Origin: a virus
Lineage: Duplodnaviria; Caudoviricetes
IMG/VR virus record: IMGVR_UViG_3300017763_000135
Coordinates: 1 to 27,598 of that record
DNA length: 27,598 nucleotides
Strand: one strand, 5' to 3'
This document shows, in pieces, positions 1-9,652 of this stretch. Under the pieces are notes generated by a model. That model ran no database searches. It had not been told where the DNA came from and worked only from the letters and a program-made list of their open reading frames with translations. The stretch's first letter is position 1. Each line of letters opens with the position of its first letter. The position numbers and the translations under genes were made by a program.

Positions 1-119
1 AGGGCATCATCAACTAGGTCGTCTATTTGCTCATTAGCAACGTTTATCTCTAATACAGGCGCTCCTAACTGCCTCTTACAGTAATCTATTAAAGTTTGTC
101 TAGATGATGGTTTTGCCAT
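1..119 (-). CDS. gp13: T4-like neck protein gp13, N-terminal part (continues beyond the window)
   Basis: Hand translation from ATG at 119: MAKPSSRQTLIDYCKRQLGAPVLEINVANEQIDDLVDDA..., matching the T4-family gp13 N-terminus (YCxRxLGAPVxEINVxxEQIDD). A late-promoter-like motif lies at 144-151. Not in the ORF track. Confidence 0.9.
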   Translation of the reverse strand, partial: MAKPSSRQTLIDYCKRQLGAPVLEINVANEQIDDLVDDA

Positions 120-143
120 TTACTCACAAATTCCCTATGTTTG

Positions 144-151
144 TATTTATC
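144..151 (-). promoter_or_regulatory. T4-type late promoter-like motif GATAAATA upstream of gp13
   Basis: Plus strand tatttatc at 144-151 reads GATAAATA on minus, about 25 nt before the gp13 ATG. The T4 gp55 late consensus is TATAAATA. Confidence 0.65.
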
Positions 152-328
152 TTAATAATTTGCTCTTACAATTGACATTGTTTCTTGCTGCTTAAAATAG
201 AGTTTACAGAAAGACTTTGCCAAATTTTTTAAATTATTAATATCATCACACTCATCAATTTCAGCAGCTAGTTTTGTATACTCAAAACTTTTAGAAAGAT
301 TTTTTAGTTCTATTTCATTTGGGTCCAT
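152..328 (-). CDS. 58-aa helical protein, NblA-like (possible phycobilisome degradation adaptor; function tentative)
   Basis: Hand translation: MDPNEIELKNLSKSFEYTKLAAEIDECDDINNLKNLAKSFCKLYFKQQETMSIVRANY*. AGGAG SD at 336-340, and the ORF fills the gap to the gp13 promoter. Size, helix-loop-helix pattern and the IEL-x2-L-x3-F motif resemble NblA. CDS likely real; NblA call about 0.4. Confidence 0.75.
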   Translation of the reverse strand: MDPNEIELKNLSKSFEYTKLAAEIDECDDINNLKNLAKSFCKLYFKQQETMSIVRANY

Positions 329-542
329 TTAATAACTCCTTTAGTAAGTTTTTAATTTCATCAATATCATCTTTCATATTAGCAACTTCTTGTTCTATAT
401 TTTGTACCTTTTGATTCTTTATATCTTTAGATTTACGTCTAGTAATATATTTTTGATACCCAATAGAATCAATGTTGACAATTGAATCATTGTCAGGGTC
501 TCTCAAAAGATTTGAGTGACCCTCTACTCCGTGATAATCCAT
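315..542 (-). CDS. 75-aa conserved cyanophage hypothetical protein with C-terminal coiled coil
   Basis: ORF track. Start overlaps the upstream stop (TAATG at 540-544). N-terminal VEGHxNLxRD motif; heptad pattern VQNIEQEVANMKDDIDEIKNLLKELL. Confidence 0.85.
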   Translation of the reverse strand: MDYHGVEGHSNLLRDPDNDSIVNIDSIGYQKYITRRKSKDIKNQKVQNIEQEVANMKDDIDEIKNLLKELLNGPK

Positions 543-3500
543 TATGCTAGTGCAATAACTCTAAGGTCTTTAACTCTAGGAACATAAATTTGATTGGTAG
601 AACTCATCACAAGTTTAATTCTATAGTATCTGAATGGTTCCAGATTATCCATTGTGAATGTATATTCTTTATACTCAAGACTATTGCTATCAAAATCAAG
701 ATTATTCGTCTTTTGAATTTCAATGTCTGGATGCCCATCATTATCTTTTAGATTAATGATATTTCCATTCGACTTAAGGTTTGAGAATCCTGGGAATGCT
801 GTGAAAATTGGGGATGACGTTGGTTCATTACCTATGCAATAGAATGCTCTGATATCAGAGAATGTATTAATATATGCATTAAGATTAATTTTGAGTGAAG
901 TTGCAGAATTTTCTAGTGAAAGTTCTCTTGAAATATATTGGAATGCTGAAGGATCAGAATCAATACTATTTACTCTAGGGTCTGTGATATAATTTGATAT
1001 AGGATTATTAATTCTATTTGTAGATAGAATAGTATTCATTCTTTGAGAATCAATTACAGGACTTACTCTTGTATCAATAGTATTAAGGAAAAGTCTAAGA
1101 GTCATAGACTTATTACCAGGGACATTAGTAAGTTTTAAATCCTCATTAACTTTAGAGAATATTGCTCTTGGTGTAGAAAGGAAATTGGGTTTGTTTAATG
1201 TAATAGGTTCAAATCCATTGTCAACAAATGGAATTTCGTTTCCACTAATTCCAGCAGTTGTTGTAGATCTAAATTGAGCACTGATTGTAGAACCCTGAAC
1301 AGTTTGGGACTGGATCATTGGAGTTATAACTCCATAAGAAATATTCTGAGATGCTTTGATTCCATATCCACCAGCAGACTTTGTATCTCTTATATAAAGT
1401 GTAGGCGCAGTATCGGTTCCTCTTTCCACACTACGATCCAAATTATTTGTATTAAACACTTCTTGAGTGTTAAGTTTAATATAATAAGAATCTAAAGTAA
1501 TTGGATTTGGAACAGTAACATCATTCATATCATGAATTTTGTTAATTCTAGCCAAATTAATACCAGACAATTCATACTTATAAACTAAAGTACCAATTGG
1601 ATATGATGCTTTATTTGCACCTCTAGTAATCGTTCCTCCAATAGTATTACTACCAGAAGTTGCAGTATATTCAATAATTTCGTCACCAACTTTTAAGTAT
1701 CCCCGATTTGTATTTCCTACAGGAAAATTCTCAAATTCGCCAAAATTGGTGTTATTTTCTACCGAAAGTGCTGCTGTTGAACCTGCGGCATATGCGACTG
1801 AGAGTCTAGTTGGAACTAAATCAGATTCAATACCAGATATCTCAACTCTATTATCATCAAAATACATACCATGGTTCAAATGGTTTATTTTGATATGTTT
1901 TCCATCAGAATCATCAGTAAATGGTGTTATTGCAGTTGGATATGCAACTCCAGCAACGTTACTAATAGCAAATGTGGTGAAACCAACTGTCGTATCACTG
2001 GAAACGTATGTAATTCCATTACTACTATTTGCAACAAAATCACCAATTACATTGTCTAATATCAAAGTATTTGTGGCAGCAACTCCGGCAACAGTCAATC
2101 TCAAATCTCTTCCAACATTATCACTAGAAATACTAAGAACATCTCCTACTTGGTACGCGCTACCACCGATATCAGTCGCAATTGTTGCACCAATAGCAAC
2201 TCCATTTTCAAAAGTAATATTGGCACTAGCACCACTACCATTTCCAGATAATGTAGTTAAAACTATGGCCCGCGTCTCAGCACCAGTTGAAGGAATATAC
2301 CCAAGACCTCCATTGGATACTGTTAATTCCCCTGTTGCAGAACCACCGGCACCAACTAAATTGCCTGTAGCATTAGTGCCCACCTGTTGGAAAGTGTTTC
2401 CTAATCTATAATCATTCTGGGTATCATCTGGCGCATTAAGGACAATTTTAAGTTTTCTTGACTTTAATTCTATAGAATTTGGCAACAGATTTGGAACCTG
2501 CTTGTTGCCTACTGATAGACGTGGATTGTATACATCAATAGAACCAGAAACTTCAAATTCTGCTCTATAGAGTGTAAATTTAAGATCTTCCCACTGACTT
2601 GCTTCCCAACCAGAAGCGTTTTGAGATTTAAACAGTGATCCTAAGAATGGTTGAGAGGAAATCAAAGTATCTGTTAGGAAATCTTCTTGACCAATTCGTG
2701 ATACGAATGTAGTATATTTTGTAGAATTGGTAGAAAGGCAAATCGCATATTCTTTTCTACCTTCAAGATAAATTGGTGCCTTGAAAGTAAATGACGTAGC
2801 AATTGAACTGTCTGTAGAAATTGAAACCTCATCAGGATCCAAAATTACTTCCGACATGGGAAGAACTTTAGAAGTAGGAATTCCACCATCTACGGTTCTA
2901 ATCTGCAAGGTGATAGGAATCTCCATATCATCTTTTTCTTTAAAGAAAATATCACATCGTGTAACAAAGATACCAGTTTCATCATCAACAGTAAACGTTT
3001 GTGCAAGTGGATCATACCAAGCAGTAATAGTCTCTGGAGAGGTTCTATTAACTACACTGGTTCCTACAATTTGTGTGCCAGAAGATTTACTTACAGTCTG
3101 CTGTTCAAATTCTTTTCTATCTTCGAGTCGAATACTTCTAACAGAACCCTCATTTTCGATAATTCCAGTGGCAGAGTATAATTCTGATGCAATAGTGGTT
3201 ACATTTTCAGAATCATTATTATTACTACTGGAAAGAGTAAACGATCTAATACCAGATTCAAATCTTGGATGATATGAAGTAATTGTTTCTGGAATATAGA
3301 AACTACCAATAAGTGATGATTGGTTATCGACAACTAATTTTAAATCGGATACGGTTGCTGTAGCACCACTACTTTCTCCAACAAGTAAAGTGCCAACTTC
3401 AATATAACCATAATACTCACCTTGAGTTTCATTTGACAATGAATATGTGTCAATATTTAATATTGTTGAAGTAGAATTATATGAGGAAGGAATTAATTGT

Positions 3501-6500
3501 CCATTGTAGGGGTTTTGTTCGTAAGTTCTAGTTGCAGAATTATACTCTCCTTCTTTATGATTAATTTGAGCAATTCTTGCATAGAATTTAGGTGCAGAAA
3601 CACCTTTCTTCAAAGGAACACTACGCACATTCTCACCAACAGTGAATGTACCTGAGGTCATTGTAATTTCAATGAGTTTTGGAGTACAATACCTAGAAAC
3701 ATCTACTCCATCAAAGTATGGATAAACTTCAGTTCCTGGTTTTAATTTTCTTGAATTAAATTCAATATTTCTAGATCTCATAAATGGAACTAGATCTCTA
3801 CTCACAGTTCTATCATTGATAGAACTCTTTTCATATTCTTCATGAACAATAGTTCTTGTTCCACCTCTAGATTCTGTTCCAAGATCAAATGTTTCTTGAA
3901 ATTCTTCTTGCGAAACAGTAGTAGTGTTCCTTCTTACCCACTGACCTGGACCAGTTGTTCCATCAAGTTTTTTAGTAGATTCTGAAATAGCGTCAGTTGC
4001 TGCTCTACTTTCAGATTCAACAGTATCTAATACACCAGTCCAATTAGTTTCCCAAGAATCCCAGAGAATTGGAATAAATCCAGTTTGAGGATCTAATTCG
4101 TTTGTTCTTTCATAGTAATCAACTGTAGCAGCATAATTACCTTCAGTCTCAATAATTCTAGTTTGAACTCTAACAGTATCAACCCAAGTATCTGAAGCTG
4201 GAGTAAGTTCAATAGTTCCTTGCCAAAAACTTACTGTAAATGGTGTAATTGTTTCTGATCTTGTTGCGAATGTTTGTTGTAACCAATTAACCTCAGAATA
4301 ATTAAGAGTGACAATATCACTACTTCTAGAAATATTCTCACCATCGATAATATTAAATTTAAAATCGGTAGATGAGTCAACTCCCTCAACTGGTCCAAAT
4401 ATTAGATCAACTGAGTTTGTATAATGTTTTGGTCTGAGTTCTTTGTTTTTTCTGTCAATAGAATTATTAATTGTTGATTTCATCTCCTGCGATTTAAAGG
4501 AGTTAAAATTGTCTACGAAAAATCCACTTTTAAATCTATTGAGACCATCAGAATCTGCGATAAATGCACTTTCTGTTTTAGACTCAAGAAGAGATAGTGA
4601 AGTGTAATACTCAAGATTTCTAATTCTATTCTCAAGTTGTTTAATATCCGACATTCTATATCTCTTATGCTCTAAGAATTTAATAGATGCCTGCTCAGTA
4701 TTAAACAGATATGGAGGTAACTTAATTGATGCAATCTCCATTGCATCATTAATTCCTACAGGAGGTTCTGGTTTTTCTGCAGGAGTTCCATAGACAACTT
4801 GGAACTTACCATCTTTTGTAAGGAATAACCTATCAATTCTTCCAAGATAATATGAAAAATCAAATACTAAATTTTCTTTAGAAGCAAGAATATTTGCCCC
4901 AGAATTACCCGATTGATTATATGTTCTTCCTTCAAATTCTAATGGAGAACGCGATCCTTCAGAAACTGTATAATTTGAAACTCTTGGTCGCACATCAATA
5001 ATATCACTATTAGAAATTCCATCAATAGATTGAATTTCTGTAGCATAGTCAAAAGAAGTATAACTTTCTACAGTTGTGATATCTCCAGTATCTCCTGTAT
5101 CATACTTAGCCGAAGCAAAGTAAGTTATTAATTTTTTAGTTGGTTCAGAAGCAGAAGATCTTCTTCTTAGAGAACTATGTCCATAAACTGTTTTTCTTTG
5201 CCCACTACTAAATGTATAATTTGACGATATATTAAAACTTTCTTCAACAATAACACTAATAATTCCTTCAACTAAACTATCTTGGAAAATAGCAGTTTCA
5301 CCTTCAATAAAATCAATTTGATTTTTTACAATAAAAGATACACTTAGATTATCGGGTTTTCCTACACAGATAGCGATAGCTCCGCTAGTTTGACCAATAA
5401 GTATTTCTCCATTAACAACATCTTGAGTTGTAGAAGTTTGACTATTTACTCCAGAAAATGTCATTTTTGGAGCAATAGGATCTCCAGTTCCACTTGATTC
5501 AAATATTCCATGAATTTCTAAAATATCAGGAGCATTTATGGAAATAATTTCATCTTCAACTCTAGTTCCAAAAGGATAATTTCCATGCTCAAGACCATTA
5601 TTTAAAGTTGTTGTGCCAATACCAGATCCTTCAAGTTTTGATTTATCTACAATCAAAGAATTTACATTAATTTTATTTTTAACTTTTGACTTTGGTTTTG
5701 ATTTTTTTAAAGTAGTAACTAGTTTTGCCGCACCTGCACCGCCAGCAATATTAAATATATTCAATATTTTAGTGCTAGTTGAATTGAACGACATTTTATT
5801 TTCTGTCAGTTCAATTGTTGCTCCAGTATCAGTTCTAATAAGAGAATATCTATTTGGAACAAATGGCAAGAATACTTCACGATCTCCTGCATCCATTGTT
5901 GTTCCAGTATCAATAGTTCCATTTGCAAGAATGTTTACATCAAAAACTTTTCTAATAGTAATTGAAGACTCATCAAGATTTATATTAGCAATGTTTTGTT
6001 TAGTTAGTTTTGTATATAAAGTATTATCCGAAGATTTATCCAGGGATGTTCTCACAATATCCATGTCAGCAACATCAATAAAACCTGATGAAGGAAGACT
6101 TCCATTAACGACACCGGTAACTGCTTGAACTCCCACTGCAGTAACACTACTGGCATTAACTGCCGTTACTTTAACCATAATTTTATCAGTAGAAGTTACA
6201 AGATCCGAATATGTAATGAGATCACCGACTTTAACATTATCTAAGAATCTTGGGTTAGCACTTGTAATACTTCCGGAAGCATTAACCTGTCCAACACCAA
6301 CATTAAATGATCTTGTTTGAATAACGTCACCGGCAAAAGCGTTAAGTCCAATTAATCTACTGTCTGTAGCAAAAACCGATTTTACATCAGCAATAGATTT
6401 TTCTGTGATTGCAATTGCAATTCTACCGTCTTGATTTCCATTAAAAATTAGGGATTCGTTTTCAATAAATGAACCATTTCTTTCATAAAGAGTTAATGCT

Positions 6501-8056
6501 GTAGAATTAGTAACAGCATCTCTAAGAAATGCAGTAGCACCACTATTAGCACCCTTAACAAAAGTTGGTACTGTTAATGTATGTGCTTGGTTTAATGTAA
6601 GTTTTGTAAATGGTTGAACATCAAACAGAGAGAGACCCCATTCGTTAGTATTTGCATTATCTGCGCTATATGAACCAGACTCTAATCTAAAGTCATAAAC
6701 TCTAGCAAGACCAACTTCTGTTCCTGGAACAACAGTTTGATTGGAACCACATCTTTCATCTCTCAAACTTATTATATATGTATTACCAATTCCAATACCT
6801 GGTGCAGGCGTTCTAAATACCCGATTTAGTTTAAGTGTGGAACCAGTATTATATGATAAAGATTCTGCCTCAACATCATTAGTTGTTCTTGGTTTTTCAA
6901 CGTCAATAAATGTTGGTGTTGAAGTCTCAATCTCATATCCTTTTACATATGCCTTACCTGATGAAATTTTAAATATTGCTAAATCATCAGATGCTAAAGA
7001 ACCTCCATAAGTAAATTCTCCACCTACAAATAATCCATTGTTGCCAAGATTATTATTAAGCGAATTAAATACCGATACATCAAAAGGTTTTACTACATAA
7101 TGACCACTCTGTTCAAAAGTTCTTTGTGCCAAAGTATCCATCAAGTCTTCACGGAAGACTTGATTTGAACCTGCTTTTGTATTTTTAATCTGCGATCTTA
7201 TAATTCCATCTTCGATTACTGCCAATTCAATAAAATTATTATCATCAAAATCATCAAGTGGTTTTTTGAATAGACTTACTGAAATTTTTAATCTATCTGC
7301 ACCAGGTGCCGAATAATTGTTAAAACCTTGAGAATTGTCATTTAGAGTCTGATCTAAATCTGAAGTTATAATTTCTTCTCTAATCTGAAGACCAATTCTG
7401 TAATTAGGTCTATTTGAATACTGATCCAAAATTAAAGTTTCAGTATCTACTTGTATAAAATTACCCCTAATAAAATATACACCTTGCTGAATTTGGAATG
7501 CAGATCCAATAGAACTTGCATTCTGAGGTATTGTTACCGCAAAAGGACTATTTGCAGGGATTGTAGAATTTCCTAATAGGCTAGAATTTATTGCATCACT
7601 ACAAACTAATTCCTCATTATCAAAAAATTCTTGAGTTAAATTATTTGCAGTATTTGAATTTATATAATTTACATATAATGTTAAATTTCCATTAGCAGAA
7701 TCTGTAGGAAGAAGAACACTGTCAACAACTGCAGTTACTCCAGAGTCTTGTCCGGTTATTTTTAATCCTACAAGTTGATCTGAATAAGCAGAAACCGGAA
7801 CACCTTGATACGAATTATTCAACTGAACATTATAGTAAAGTTGCGTGTATCCTGTGTTACCTGGTATTACTTTAGAACCCTCTTTAAAAAAGTGCTGACC
7901 AAATTTTTCAATCTGATTCTGAAGAATTGATTGAAGGTTTATTAGTTCTCTTGCTTGTACTGGATAACCAGGTTTAAACAGAACTTTATGAAAATCACTG
8001 GACGGGTCGTAATCATCAAAATATGGCGATACGTTGAGATTAGTTTGTTGTGGCAT
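542..8056 (-). CDS. 2504-aa virion structural protein, DUF4815 / 'VrlC-like' family
   Basis: N-terminus TNLNVSPYFDD...KVLFKPGYPVQARELxxLQSILQNQIE; central RYRMSDIKQLENRIRNLEYYTSLSLLE...RFKSGFFVDNF; DPLAQTF; C-terminal PRVKDLRVIALA. These motifs are typical of the large protein that follows gp8 in cyanomyophages. Confidence 0.85.
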   Translation of the reverse strand: MPQQTNLNVSPYFDDYDPSSDFHKVLFKPGYPVQARELINLQSILQNQIEKFGQHFFKEGSKVIPGNTGYTQLYYNVQLNNSYQGVPVSAYSDQLVGLKITGQDSGVTAVVDSVLLPTDSANGNLTLYVNYINSNTANNLTQEFFDNEELVCSDAINSSLLGNSTIPANSPFAVTIPQNASSIGSAFQIQQGVYFIRGNFIQVDTETLILDQYSNRPNYRIGLQIREEIITSDLDQTLNDNSQGFNNYSAPGADRLKISVSLFKKPLDDFDDNNFIELAVIEDGIIRSQIKNTKAGSNQVFREDLMDTLAQRTFEQSGHYVVKPFDVSVFNSLNNNLGNNGLFVGGEFTYGGSLASDDLAIFKISSGKAYVKGYEIETSTPTFIDVEKPRTTNDVEAESLSYNTGSTLKLNRVFRTPAPGIGIGNTYIISLRDERCGSNQTVVPGTEVGLARVYDFRLESGSYSADNANTNEWGLSLFDVQPFTKLTLNQAHTLTVPTFVKGANSGATAFLRDAVTNSTALTLYERNGSFIENESLIFNGNQDGRIAIAITEKSIADVKSVFATDSRLIGLNAFAGDVIQTRSFNVGVGQVNASGSITSANPRFLDNVKVGDLITYSDLVTSTDKIMVKVTAVNASSVTAVGVQAVTGVVNGSLPSSGFIDVADMDIVRTSLDKSSDNTLYTKLTKQNIANINLDESSITIRKVFDVNILANGTIDTGTTMDAGDREVFLPFVPNRYSLIRTDTGATIELTENKMSFNSTSTKILNIFNIAGGAGAAKLVTTLKKSKPKSKVKNKINVNSLIVDKSKLEGSGIGTTTLNNGLEHGNYPFGTRVEDEIISINAPDILEIHGIFESSGTGDPIAPKMTFSGVNSQTSTTQDVVNGEILIGQTSGAIAICVGKPDNLSVSFIVKNQIDFIEGETAIFQDSLVEGIISVIVEESFNISSNYTFSSGQRKTVYGHSSLRRRSSASEPTKKLITYFASAKYDTGDTGDITTVESYTSFDYATEIQSIDGISNSDIIDVRPRVSNYTVSEGSRSPLEFEGRTYNQSGNSGANILASKENLVFDFSYYLGRIDRLFLTKDGKFQVVYGTPAEKPEPPVGINDAMEIASIKLPPYLFNTEQASIKFLEHKRYRMSDIKQLENRIRNLEYYTSLSLLESKTESAFIADSDGLNRFKSGFFVDNFNSFKSQEMKSTINNSIDRKNKELRPKHYTNSVDLIFGPVEGVDSSTDFKFNIIDGENISRSSDIVTLNYSEVNWLQQTFATRSETITPFTVSFWQGTIELTPASDTWVDTVRVQTRIIETEGNYAATVDYYERTNELDPQTGFIPILWDSWETNWTGVLDTVESESRAATDAISESTKKLDGTTGPGQWVRRNTTTVSQEEFQETFDLGTESRGGTRTIVHEEYEKSSINDRTVSRDLVPFMRSRNIEFNSRKLKPGTEVYPYFDGVDVSRYCTPKLIEITMTSGTFTVGENVRSVPLKKGVSAPKFYARIAQINHKEGEYNSATRTYEQNPYNGQLIPSSYNSTSTILNIDTYSLSNETQGEYYGYIEVGTLLVGESSGATATVSDLKLVVDNQSSLIGSFYIPETITSYHPRFESGIRSFTLSSSNNNDSENVTTIASELYSATGIIENEGSVRSIRLEDRKEFEQQTVSKSSGTQIVGTSVVNRTSPETITAWYDPLAQTFTVDDETGIFVTRCDIFFKEKDDMEIPITLQIRTVDGGIPTSKVLPMSEVILDPDEVSISTDSSIATSFTFKAPIYLEGRKEYAICLSTNSTKYTTFVSRIGQEDFLTDTLISSQPFLGSLFKSQNASGWEASQWEDLKFTLYRAEFEVSGSIDVYNPRLSVGNKQVPNLLPNSIELKSRKLKIVLNAPDDTQNDYRLGNTFQQVGTNATGNLVGAGGSATGELTVSNGGLGYIPSTGAETRAIVLTTLSGNGSGASANITFENGVAIGATIATDIGGSAYQVGDVLSISSDNVGRDLRLTVAGVAATNTLILDNVIGDFVANSSNGITYVSSDTTVGFTTFAISNVAGVAYPTAITPFTDDSDGKHIKINHLNHGMYFDDNRVEISGIESDLVPTRLSVAYAAGSTAALSVENNTNFGEFENFPVGNTNRGYLKVGDEIIEYTATSGSNTIGGTITRGANKASYPIGTLVYKYELSGINLARINKIHDMNDVTVPNPITLDSYYIKLNTQEVFNTNNLDRSVERGTDTAPTLYIRDTKSAGGYGIKASQNISYGVITPMIQSQTVQGSTISAQFRSTTTAGISGNEIPFVDNGFEPITLNKPNFLSTPRAIFSKVNEDLKLTNVPGNKSMTLRLFLNTIDTRVSPVIDSQRMNTILSTNRINNPISNYITDPRVNSIDSDPSAFQYISRELSLENSATSLKINLNAYINTFSDIRAFYCIGNEPTSSPIFTAFPGFSNLKSNGNIINLKDNDGHPDIEIQKTNNLDFDSNSLEYKEYTFTMDNLEPFRYYRIKLVMSSTNQIYVPRVKDLRVIALA

Positions 8057-8062
8057 AATCCT

Positions 8063-9625
8063 TTAGAACTGCAAGATAATTTTTATGTCTTCTTTTTGAT
8101 TTGACGATCTAAGAATAGAAGGTCGGTTATCAACGTAAATGATATTACCAGATTGTTTTTGAACCTCTGGTAAAGCAATACCGTCAGTGAAACTAAGACC
8201 ATAATAATAAGTTCTACTATTTATTACAGTAGAAGTACCCGTAAAGGCACCGTCAATACTTAAATTAGAATTACTACCATTATCCGGTATAATTAAAAGT
8301 GTACCGCCAGTATCCGGAGAACTTGTAAATTCTGTTAAATCATATCCATGTCTTGGAGTAATATTTGATGTACCATTAGAGGTATTAAACCCAACAAGAT
8401 ATCTATCCTGCCAAAATTTCAATATTCCAGTTGTTTGATCGTAATTAATCACTCTACCAAAAGCAGTTGTTCCTGTTGCAATAGTTTGAGAAACAAATGT
8501 ATTTATAGCAAACTCGGCAGTACTATACCCTGTTCCTACAAGTTTTAAAGCGCCAACAACACTTGCTTTGGGTTTATCAAGAAGTGTAGTTGAATTATAT
8601 TCAGTTGGATTTTCTACAATACCAACTCTAGCAATTTTATTCCCGGTAACGAAATCTGGATTTTGAGTATCATTTTCGATTCTTGCATAAAGCAAAAGAT
8701 TAGATGCTCCCATTTCTCGATATATATCATATCCATGCCCACCCTGAGGAGGAATAATAACGTCAAATGTTGGTCTAACTGTTCCAGTAGGAACAGAACC
8801 TGCAACTAAGTCTACAGTTCCATATGTATATCCAGAACCTTGATTTGATACCTCTACAGATAAAACTTGTGAGTTTTCATCGATTGTAATAGTACACTCT
8901 GCACCAACACCATCTCCTTTAATAGGAACATTTCGATATTGTAAATTTGCTGCTCCAACGCTCAATCCCTTATTCCTTACTGTTACGATTTTAATTGAAC
9001 CACTAACAGCATTGTCTCTCACAAGAGCATTATCTGAAGATGTTTCCCAGTTATTTGGAACTGGCATAAACTCAGTTGAATCAAATTTAATAATATCTGA
9101 AGGACTCAAAGTATAGAGATACTTCCAAATATATCCATCTCCACTTGAACCAGCAACTCTTGGTTCTAAGTCAGTAAATGTGGGTTCATCAAGTGACGGT
9201 TTTCCTGTTGGATTATCGGGACTTGTTCCATTTTGAAGACAAATATAAATCCTAAAATCTTTATTCATCACATAGAAAAATGAGGAATAAAGATTTGTTG
9301 CACTTGAAACTGCAGCAAGATTGTCAACACTATAATCATGACGATACATATCATATTTCGACCCTGAAGACCAATTTCTTTTTGGTATAACATGCATAAT
9401 ATCTGAAGAAGTAATTCTCTTCATAGCAACCATAGTGTCCCAATAATCATTCTCCTGATTAAAATTATCTCTTGGAGAAGGAGGTCTAGCTTCCCATGTG
9501 TCACTAAAATCGGTAGAATTAGTTAATCCCACAAAAGTATAATAAGCATTAGAAGTGCTTAATACACCATTGCGAAAATTTTTCGAGTTCAAAATTCTAA
9601 TTTGATCTGTAATTATTGCAGACAT
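8063..9625 (-). CDS. gp8: baseplate wedge subunit gp8-like
   Basis: MSAIITDQIRILNSKNF start, RNWSSGSKYDMYRHDYS, FYVMNKDFRIYICLQNG, DGYIWKYLYTL, and C-terminal SGNIIYVDNRPSILRSSNQKEDIKIILQF. Located directly after gp7. Confidence 0.88.
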   Translation of the reverse strand: MSAIITDQIRILNSKNFRNGVLSTSNAYYTFVGLTNSTDFSDTWEARPPSPRDNFNQENDYWDTMVAMKRITSSDIMHVIPKRNWSSGSKYDMYRHDYSVDNLAAVSSATNLYSSFFYVMNKDFRIYICLQNGTSPDNPTGKPSLDEPTFTDLEPRVAGSSGDGYIWKYLYTLSPSDIIKFDSTEFMPVPNNWETSSDNALVRDNAVSGSIKIVTVRNKGLSVGAANLQYRNVPIKGDGVGAECTITIDENSQVLSVEVSNQGSGYTYGTVDLVAGSVPTGTVRPTFDVIIPPQGGHGYDIYREMGASNLLLYARIENDTQNPDFVTGNKIARVGIVENPTEYNSTTLLDKPKASVVGALKLVGTGYSTAEFAINTFVSQTIATGTTAFGRVINYDQTTGILKFWQDRYLVGFNTSNGTSNITPRHGYDLTEFTSSPDTGGTLLIIPDNGSNSNLSIDGAFTGTSTVINSRTYYYGLSFTDGIALPEVQKQSGNIIYVDNRPSILRSSNQKEDIKIILQF

Positions 9626-9644
9626 TTTGCCACAGTTTTTTCTT

Positions 9645-9652
9645 TATTTAGT
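9645..9652 (-). promoter_or_regulatory. late promoter-like variant ACTAAATA upstream of gp8
   Basis: Plus strand tatttagt at 9645-9652, in the short gp7-gp8 gap, about 20 nt before the gp8 ATG. Confidence 0.5.

Noticed and set aside
310-318. ATG overlapping the stop of the 75-aa gene as the start of the next gene
   Set aside because: It reads ATG-AAA-TAG. The credible downstream ORF starts at 328 with an AGGAG SD.
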